Assembly: GCA_044226625.1 (NCBI GenBank)
Contig: JBGAGQ010000005.1
Coordinates: forward strand, 123,549-187,548
DNA length: 64,000 nt
Direction of reading: 5' to 3'
Source: Thermoanaerobaculia bacterium
Lineage (GTDB): Bacteria; Acidobacteriota; Thermoanaerobaculia; Multivoradales; UBA5704
Shown: positions 57,979 to 64,000 of the stretch, piece after piece
Numbering within the stretch: the stretch's first letter is position 1
Layout: each line of letters opens with the position of its first letter
The notes under the pieces: generated by a model
What the model was told of the DNA's origin: nothing
What the model saw: only the letters and a program-made list of their open reading frames with translations
Databases searched by the model: none
Made by a program: the position numbers and the translations under genes

Positions 57979-60201
57979 ATGAACCCGGTCAAGCTTCCCG
58001 AAGTCCTAACCGACGTTTGCGCCGTCGCCCTACTGGTCGGCGGAATGGGCGGTATTGGCGCCATGGCGGCTCCGGCGCTCGCGGCGTCCGCCGCCGCCCC
58101 GGCCGCCTCGGCGAACACCCAAGCGGTCTCCGCCGCCTCCCCCTACGCCGCCCCGCCCACGCGGCGCGAGGATCACGTGGACGTGCTGCACGGCGTCTCG
58201 GTCGCCGACCCTTACCGCTGGCTCGAGGACGACAACTCGGCCGAGACGACCGCCTGGGTCGCCGCCCAGAACAAGGTGACGTTCGGCTACCTCGACAAGA
58301 TCCCGGCGCGGCCGGAGATCAAGAAGCGGCTCACCGAGCTGTGGGACTTCGCGCGCTTCACGCTGCCGGAAAAGCGTGGCGGGCGCTACTTCTTCGCATC
58401 GAACGACGGCCTGCAGAACCAGTCGCCGGTCTACGTGCTCGACAAGGTCGACGGCACGCCGCGGCTGCTGATCGATCCCAATACCCTCTCGTCCGACGGT
58501 ACGGTCGCGCTCGCCGATTCGGCGGCGAGCCGGGACGGCAAGCGTTGGGCGTACGGCCTGTCGACCGCGGGCTCCGACTGGGAGATCTGGAAGGTGCGCG
58601 ACGTCGACACCGGCAAGGACCTCTCCGACGAGCTGCGCTGGGTGAAGTTCTCCGGCGCCGCCTGGACCGGCGACAGCGCGGGCTTCTACTACTGCCGCTA
58701 CGACGAGCCGAAGGCGGGCGGCGAGCTCGACGACACGAACTACTTCCAGAAGGTTTTCTACCACCGGGTCGGCACGCCGCAGTCGGAAGACAAGCTCGCC
58801 TACGAACGGAAGGACCAGAAGGACCTCGGCTTCGGCGTCCAGGTCACGGACGACGGCCGCTACCTCGTGCTCTCGGTCACCCGCGGCACGGAGGTGAAAA
58901 ACGCTTTCTATTACCAGGATCTGAAGACCCCCGGCTCGCCGGTGGTCCGCCTGCTCGACGACTTCGACGCGGTCTACACCTTCCTCGGCAACGACGGCCA
59001 GACGTTCTGGTTTTCGACCACGCTCGACGCGCCGCGAGGTCGGGTGATCGCGATCGACCTCGCCCATCCCGAGCGGGCGAACTGGCGCGAGGTGATCCCC
59101 CAGCGGGACGACACGCTGCGCTCCGCCACGGCGGTGGGCGGCGGCTTTGTCGGCAACTATCTCCACGATGCGGCGTCGCGGATCGAGGTGTTCGACCGCG
59201 GGGGCAAGTCGGTGCGCACCGTGGCGCTTCCGGGGCTCGCGACGGTGAACGGATTCCAGGGGGAGGTGGGCGATCCCGAGACGTTCTATTCGCTCAACGC
59301 GTTCAACCGTCCGCCGACGATCTACCGCTACGACCTCGCCTCCGGGACGAGCACCGTCTTCCGCGAGCCGAAGCTCGGCTTCAACCCGGACGACTACGAG
59401 ACGAAAGAGGTGTTCTTCACGAGCAAGGACGGCACCCGGGTGCCCCTCTTCCTCACCGGTAAGAAGGGGTGGAACGAGCGCGGGAAGTCGCCCGTCCTGC
59501 TCTACGGCTACGGCGGCTTCAACATCTCGGTGACCCCCGCCTTCGCGGTCCGCAGCGTGGTCTGGATGGAGCGCGGCGGCGTGCTCGCGATCGCCTCGCT
59601 GCGCGGCGGCGGCGAGTACGGCGAGGCGTGGCACCTCGGCGGCTCGAAGCTCAAGAAGCAGAACGTCTTCGACGACTTCATCGCAGCCGCCGAATATCTG
59701 ACGAAAGAGGGGATCGCGGGCCCGAAGCAGATCGTGATCAACGGCCGGAGCAACGGCGGCCTCCTGGTGGGCGCCGTCCTCACCCAGCGTCCGGATCTCT
59801 TCGGCGCGGCGCTCCCGGGCGTGGGCGTCATGGACATGCTCCGCTTCCACAAGTTCACGATCGGCTGGGGCTGGACGTCCGACTACGGCTCGCCCGACGA
59901 TCCGGAGGAGTTCAAGGCGCTCTACGCGTACTCGCCGTACCACAACATCAAACCGGGAACCGTCTATCCGCCGACGCTGGTCACGACCGGCGACCACGAC
60001 GACCGGGTGGTTCCGGCGCACAGCTTCAAATTCGCCGCGGCGCTCCAGAACGCGCAAGCCGGGCCGGCGCCGGTCCTGATCCGCATCGAGACGAGAGCGG
60101 GCCACGGCGGCGGCAAGCCGACCGCGAAGCAGATCGAAGAGGCGACGGACGAGCTGTCGTTCGCGATTCAGGCGTTGGGGATGCCCGGGTCGGCGAAGTA
60201 A
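57979..60201 (+). CDS. Prolyl oligopeptidase (S9A), secreted
   Basis: DPYRWLE, YGYGGF, RGGGEYG, GRSNGG, DHDDRV, AGHG. Confidence 0.96.
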   Translation: MNPVKLPEVLTDVCAVALLVGGMGGIGAMAAPALAASAAAPAASANTQAVSAASPYAAPPTRREDHVDVLHGVSVADPYRWLEDDNSAETTAWVAAQNKVTFGYLDKIPARPEIKKRLTELWDFARFTLPEKRGGRYFFASNDGLQNQSPVYVLDKVDGTPRLLIDPNTLSSDGTVALADSAASRDGKRWAYGLSTAGSDWEIWKVRDVDTGKDLSDELRWVKFSGAAWTGDSAGFYYCRYDEPKAGGELDDTNYFQKVFYHRVGTPQSEDKLAYERKDQKDLGFGVQVTDDGRYLVLSVTRGTEVKNAFYYQDLKTPGSPVVRLLDDFDAVYTFLGNDGQTFWFSTTLDAPRGRVIAIDLAHPERANWREVIPQRDDTLRSATAVGGGFVGNYLHDAASRIEVFDRGGKSVRTVALPGLATVNGFQGEVGDPETFYSLNAFNRPPTIYRYDLASGTSTVFREPKLGFNPDDYETKEVFFTSKDGTRVPLFLTGKKGWNERGKSPVLLYGYGGFNISVTPAFAVRSVVWMERGGVLAIASLRGGGEYGEAWHLGGSKLKKQNVFDDFIAAAEYLTKEGIAGPKQIVINGRSNGGLLVGAVLTQRPDLFGAALPGVGVMDMLRFHKFTIGWGWTSDYGSPDDPEEFKALYAYSPYHNIKPGTVYPPTLVTTGDHDDRVVPAHSFKFAAALQNAQAGPAPVLIRIETRAGHGGGKPTAKQIEEATDELSFAIQALGMPGSAK

Positions 60202-60341
60202 GGGAAATACGAGAGCCGCCCGCCCCGGCCCCGGGGTGGGCGGCAGGCTCGTCTCGCCCGGCCCGCCGCTCGTTTCGCCCGGCCGTCACCGGTCCCGTAA
60301 CGGGATCCTAGGGACGGGCGCCTAGGTACACTCGGACCGTC

Positions 60342-60521
60342 ATGAGATGCGAAACTGCATGTTGCCGCTGGCCGGCGCTCGTATCCCTGGCGCTCCTCCT
60401 CTTCCTGCTCGCCGCGCGCTCTCCCGAGCTCGGGCCCACCGCGACCGGTCGGCCGGAGGGAGAGCAGGTACCGCCGCTGTCGCCCGCGCACTTCATCCTG
60501 CACAGTCAGCCGCTCGATTGA
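60342..60521 (+). CDS. Putative 59-aa membrane-anchored or secreted peptide
   Basis: Below the ORF-track cutoff: MRCETACCRWPALVSLALLLFLLAARSPELGPTATGRPEGEQVPPLSPAHFILHSQPLD. TACACT lies 9 nt upstream. Confidence 0.45.
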   Translation: MRCETACCRWPALVSLALLLFLLAARSPELGPTATGRPEGEQVPPLSPAHFILHSQPLD

Positions 60522-60558
60522 GGAAAGCGGGCCGGCCCGAGCCACCCCGTAGCGGGTC

Positions 60559-60852
60559 CGGGTCACCAGTGGCCGGACTCACCTCAGTGCTGTAGTGGTT
60601 CAGCTCACCGCTGTTTTGGTCCGGATCACCACTGTCCTGGCTCAAGCCACCACGGTCCTAGCTCCGCCCACTGCTGTTCGGGGCCGAGCCACTCCTGTTC
60701 TGGTTCAGGCCACCACTGTTCCGGTCCCGGCCACTACTGTTCTGCTCCAGGCCACCACGGTTCCGGTCCAGCTCACCGGTGGGCTGACTCAAATCACCAC
60801 TGGCCTGGTCCAGCTCACCAGTTTTCGCTTCCGGACCACCCCTGGTCGGGCG
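60559..60852. repeat. Degenerate 21-bp tandem repeat, about 14 units
   Basis: Consensus approximately CAGGCCACCACTGTTCTGGTC, kept in register with no indels. Confidence 0.8.
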
Positions 60853-60921
60853 TCGACCCGGTCGGCGCGAGGCATTGGAGGGGGATGTCGCGAGCCAGCG
60901 AGGCAACCCTACACCCGCAGT

Positions 60922-61034
60922 GTCCGAGGAAACGATAGTTTTTGCCCGACGAAGTTTTTTCGATTTCCTCGTCGGCTCCGGAAGGGAACAGGGCCAAAAA
61001 ACAAAGTTCTCCAAAAACTATCGTTTTCTCGGAC
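60922..61034. repeat. 113-bp element with 23-bp terminal inverted repeats (MITE-like or hairpin RNA)
   Basis: GTCCGAGGAAACGATAGTTTTTG / CAAAAACTATCGTTTTCTCGGAC, one G-T mismatch; AT-rich for this genome. Confidence 0.7.
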
Positions 61035-61085
61035 GCTCCTGCGCTAAAGTGCCCTCGCTCCGATTCGAACCTGAGGAGGGGAGGA

Positions 61086-61361
61086 TCATGCCCCTGCGGG
61101 CCCGTAGCCTAGGATCTCGTCTTCCTCTTCCCGGCTCGGTCGGCGGCCCAGATTCTCTTCAGGGATCTGGGGCCAGGCCTCGGTCTCCAGCCATCGCCGG
61201 ATCTGGGCCTTGCGATCGCCTCCGCGAACGATCCGCAGAGAAGACAACTTCTCCTTTCGCTCCTCCAACGCAAGGCGAACGGCGTCGTTCGGGCTCTCGC
61301 CGACGAGCTCGGCAACCTCTTCGGCTAGGCTCTCGATTTCCGGACGCAGGTGCAGGGCCAT
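61086..61361 (-). CDS. VapB-type antitoxin (Rv0623-like), orphan
   Basis: LAEEVAELVGES..DAVRLALEER and EEEDEILGYGP; no intact vapC downstream. Confidence 0.8.
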   Translation of the reverse strand: MALHLRPEIESLAEEVAELVGESPNDAVRLALEERKEKLSSLRIVRGGDRKAQIRRWLETEAWPQIPEENLGRRPSREEEDEILGYGPAGA

Positions 61362-61524
61362 CGTTCGATCTCCCGTCCGCGATGTCAGGGACATTATGGC
61401 CCGGGCGCAAGCCGCCGAGGACTGCACAGTTCGCCCGGTAAGAGGATTCCTTCCGATGGGCTTTTCCAGCCGCCACACCGGGTGATCCCAGGTCGAGATG
61501 ATGGCGGCTTTGAGCTTGAAGGGA

Positions 61525-61549
61525 AGCCACGAAGTGGCTATTCTAGCCA
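61525..61549 (+). promoter_or_regulatory. Probable TA autorepression operator overlapping the -10 box
   Basis: Overlapping palindromes AGCCAC-gaa-GTGGCT and TGGCTA-ttc-TAGCCA; TATTCT 6 nt before the ATG. Confidence 0.6.
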
Positions 61550-61550
61550 A

Positions 61551-61847
61551 ATGAAGAGAGCCACCTTGACAGAGACCAAGAACAACCTGAGTGCGCTCGT
61601 CGATCAGGTTCAGTCCGGGGAAACGATCCTCATTCTGGATCGCGGTCGGCCGGTGGCCCGCTTGGAGGCCGCGCTTGGAGGAGGAGAGGACCCCGAAGGG
61701 CGGTTGGCTCGGCTGGAGCGCCAAGGGCTCCTGCGCCGGGCCTCGGCTCCTCTTCCACGTGAGATTCTGATGACGCCTCCTCCGGAAGCCTCGGAAGGAG
61801 GGAGCGTCGTAGCCGCCCTCCGTGAGGAGCGCAGGGGCGGACGTTGA
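61551..61847 (+). CDS. Phd/YefM family antitoxin
   Basis: TETKNNLSALVDQVQSGETILILDRGRPVARL. Confidence 0.9.
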   Translation: MKRATLTETKNNLSALVDQVQSGETILILDRGRPVARLEAALGGGEDPEGRLARLERQGLLRRASAPLPREILMTPPPEASEGGSVVAALREERRGGR

Positions 61848-62287
61848 AGTTCTGGGACAGCTCGGCGGTTGTGCCCCTGCTGGTTAAAGAGAAGGCGACT
61901 CTGCCGCTCCAAAACCTTTACGTCGGCGATCCTGGCGCGATCACTTGGTGGGGAACCTCGGTCGAATGCGTCTCGGCAATTTCCCGGCGAGAACGAGAGG
62001 GTGTTCTTTCGCCGGAGGCCGCTCATCATGCCCTTCGTCGACTGGATTCCCATGCTTCGCATTGGCATCGCATCGAGCCGGTCGATGCCGTGCTGGAGAC
62101 CGCCCGACGCTTCCTGCGCGTACACCCACTGCGGACTGCCGATGCTCTCCAGCTCGCTGCGGCTTTTCTCGCTTCTGAGGGTAGGCCGTCGACACTCGAG
62201 TTCGTCTGTCTCGACGACCGGCTCGGAGCCGCAGCTCAGCGGGAAGGCTTTCCGGTTCTGGGCCTCTCCCACCTCGAAGGCCGTTAG
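61844..62287 (+). CDS. vapC: VapC PIN-domain toxin
   Basis: FWDSSAVVPL, VECVSA, LRTADALQLAAA, DDRL. Confidence 0.9.
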   Translation: MKFWDSSAVVPLLVKEKATLPLQNLYVGDPGAITWWGTSVECVSAISRREREGVLSPEAAHHALRRLDSHASHWHRIEPVDAVLETARRFLRVHPLRTADALQLAAAFLASEGRPSTLEFVCLDDRLGAAAQREGFPVLGLSHLEGR

Positions 62288-62410
62288 GCCGGAGTAACGC
62301 CGGCCGCCAGCCTTTTGCGCCGGAGTGCAACGGAACCCCTTCTCTAAGACCGTACGTCTGCACGTCCGCCGCCCCCCGGGAGGAGGGCAGCGGGGAAGGC
62401 TCCCTCGGCG

Positions 62411-62947
62411 TCAAACCCCCGGTTCGGCCGGCAGGGGGCTTCCTTCTGGCGGGCTCTCCCGCCGCCACATCGGGAGATCCCACGTAGAGATCACGGCGGC
62501 AGTGAACGTAAAGCCGTACGCTAGAAAGGCCAGCCAGAAGCCGAGCTCGAATTGGACGGTCACGAGGCCTTGGCCCTCCTTGAGCGAGTCGGTGAGAATG
62601 CTCATTCGGGTCGCGGAGAGCAGGAGCGCGGCGGCGGTAGCCAACGTCAGGGTGGCCTTCCTCACCCAAGGTCCCGAAGCGAGGGTGATCACGAGGCCAC
62701 CGATCGTCGCGAGCAGCGCGAGCACCGTGTAGGAGTCGCCCGAAAAGCCCCCCTTGTTCTGGGAATTCCATTCCTGCCGCGTGATTCCCATCGACTGAAG
62801 CTCCGAGGGAACCGACCCGGTCGCGAGCTGAAGACCGGTCATCGTGACATGGGCCCCCGCGCACGAGATGCTGAGGAACGGCAGAAGAAACGCGAACAGG
62901 GCAAGGGCGAATCCAATTGTGGGCAGACGGCGTGGCGAAAGAGACAT
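62411..62947 (-). CDS. Hypothetical 4-TM membrane protein
   Basis: AAGGAG RBS before MSLSPRR; FLLPFLSISC..TGLQL; GFWLA. Confidence 0.75.
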   Translation of the reverse strand: MSLSPRRLPTIGFALALFAFLLPFLSISCAGAHVTMTGLQLATGSVPSELQSMGITRQEWNSQNKGGFSGDSYTVLALLATIGGLVITLASGPWVRKATLTLATAAALLLSATRMSILTDSLKEGQGLVTVQFELGFWLAFLAYGFTFTAAVISTWDLPMWRRESPPEGSPLPAEPGV

Positions 62948-63110
62948 GGGCTTCTCCTTGAGATCCAAGTTGACCGCGCGTTCGAGATAGACGGTGAAGG
63001 TCGCGCTTAATAGAAAGACGCGCGGAATCGTGAGAAGTGGATTCATGGAGGTTGGGGCGCTAGCCCGCTTCCGCTGGGCCTATGGCAAAATAGGAGCCGA
63101 GGAGTCCGAG

Positions 63111-63338
63111 ATGACCGAGGCTGTCAAGAAGCTCATGGTGACGCTCGAAGGGCTTTCTTCGGAGGAGCGCGCCGATCTGGCCTACCACCTCCTTGAGTCT
63201 CTCGACGAGGACGATGGTGAGGTGGCGGCCGCATGGGATGCTGAGATCGACCGACGCGAAGCCGAAGTCCGAAACGGTGATGCCGAGGGCCGCACGGCGG
63301 AGGAGGTTTTTGGTCGCCTCCGCGAGCTTTATCCGTGA
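63111..63338 (+). CDS. Addiction module antitoxin
   Basis: LSSEERADLAYHLLESL..AWDAEIDRR..EEVF; GAGGAG RBS. Confidence 0.88.
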   Translation: MTEAVKKLMVTLEGLSSEERADLAYHLLESLDEDDGEVAAAWDAEIDRREAEVRNGDAEGRTAEEVFGRLRELYP

Positions 63339-63637
63339 GCTCGATTCGCTTCCACAAGGATGCGGAAGCTGAGCTGCTGGTTGCGGCGGCGACCTAGGAA
63401 TCGCAACGGGTGGGGTTGGGGCGCGAGTTCCGCAGAGAGGTCGAGGCTACGACGGCGAGGCTCCGCGAGCACCCTCGCGTCTGGCCGCAGCACTCCGTCT
63501 CCGGGACGAGAAGGGCTAGGATTCGTCGTTTCCCCTACACGATCTTCTTCCTGGAGCTCGAGGCGACGCTCTGGATCATCGCTGTCGCCCACAACCGCCG
63601 ACGCCCCAACTACTGGGCCGGGCGGCGGCCCGGGTAG
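63335..63637 (+). pseudogene. RelE/ParE toxin with premature TAG at 63395-63397
   Basis: MSSIRFHKDAEAELLVAAAT*ESQRVGLGREF...RFPYTIFF..IIAVAHNRRRPNYW. The stop falls where the family usually has Tyr. Confidence 0.82.
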
Positions 63638-63639
63638 CG

Positions 63640-63730
63640 AACGATCGCCGAATCGCGTCGACGGTCATGCGCCCTTCGGTCCGTAGCCGAGAACCTCGTC
63701 TTCCTCTGCCCAGCTGAACTGCCGTCCAGG
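63640..63730 (-). pseudogene. Fragment of a second vapB 3' end and vapC start
   Basis: PGRQFSWAEEDEVLGYGPKGA* matches the C-terminus of 61086-61361; followed by ATGA-coupled MTVD. Confidence 0.65.
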
Positions 63731-63828
63731 GGCTTCAACGGCGGGTAGAAAGACGCGCGGAATCGAGAGAAGCGGATTCACGGGAGGCCGCACCGTTTTT
63801 CCGCCAGGCGGAAAGACCTTCAGCGAAG

Positions 63829-63927
63829 GGGGCGGCCCAGCGGGCCGCTAGATCCCAGCCCAGGGCGGGGGCCGAAGGCCGACGGCCTGGGGTCGATGGG
63901 CAAAGTTCCGGCGGCCTGAAGGGCCGC
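63829..63927. repeat. REP-like palindrome cluster (second family)
   Basis: GCGGCCCAGCGGGCCGC and GCGGCCTGAAGGGCCGC flank CCCAGG...CCTGGG with an internal GGCCGAAGGCC. Confidence 0.5.
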
Positions 63928-64000
63928 AAGAGTCGGCAGTTGCGCTGGCTCCCGCCCTTCGAGCGTTCCCTCGAAGGCGTCGAGCGGCGCGAGCTTGAGG

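Larger units (their letters stand above)
63011..63780. repeat. 35-bp direct repeat pair (63011-63045 and 63746-63780)
   Basis: TAGAAAGACGCGCGGAATCG(T/A)GAGAAG(T/C)GGATTCA, two mismatches. Confidence 0.8.

Noticed and set aside
60595-61047. 150-aa heptad-repeat CDS
   Set aside because: No RBS, substitutions at all codon positions, and it runs into the IR element.
63395-63397. Pyrrolysine or TAG recoding in parE
   Set aside because: TAG is a normal stop in many genes here. One substitution from a Tyr codon explains it, and there is no pyl context.
61086-64000. Integron cassette array (attC sites) explaining the TA cluster
   Set aside because: I found no convincing RYYYAAC...GTTRRRY paired sites, gene orientations are mixed, and there is no integrase in the window.

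Overview
High-GC bacterial chromosomal window. The gene content (TPR-CHAT/ECF module, stand-alone MacAB-like ATPases, peptidase-PD40-Omp85 protein) suggests Acidobacteriota, possibly Thermoanaerobaculia; this is inference. The backbone is housekeeping: topA, dprA, polA, msrA, dacB, dcd, glpX, an acyl-CoA dehydrogenase, ispA, an RsbW/RsbV pair and a prolyl oligopeptidase. Accessory content includes a Hen1-Pnkp RNA repair operon, a complete IS481/IS1202-like insertion sequence (TGT...ACA ends, 6-bp target duplication) between dprA and topA, HipBA, a secreted TPR-CHAT protease/ECF sigma/anti-sigma cluster, REP/BIME-like repeats and a largely decayed toxin-antitoxin cluster at the right end. Main signals missed by the ORF track: (1) an AhpD-like selenoprotein (CxxU) split at an in-frame TGA with a SECIS-like hairpin, paired with a Cys-free partner; (2) an orphan, degenerate type I-C-like CRISPR mini-array with no cas genes, preceded by a 21-bp-phased motif tract; (3) a strand-specific multi-stem structure inside the IS right end; (4) recurring leaderless-type promoters; (5) a 59-aa membrane or secreted peptide gene next to the prolyl oligopeptidase. 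All family calls come from motif recognition by eye; no database searches were run.
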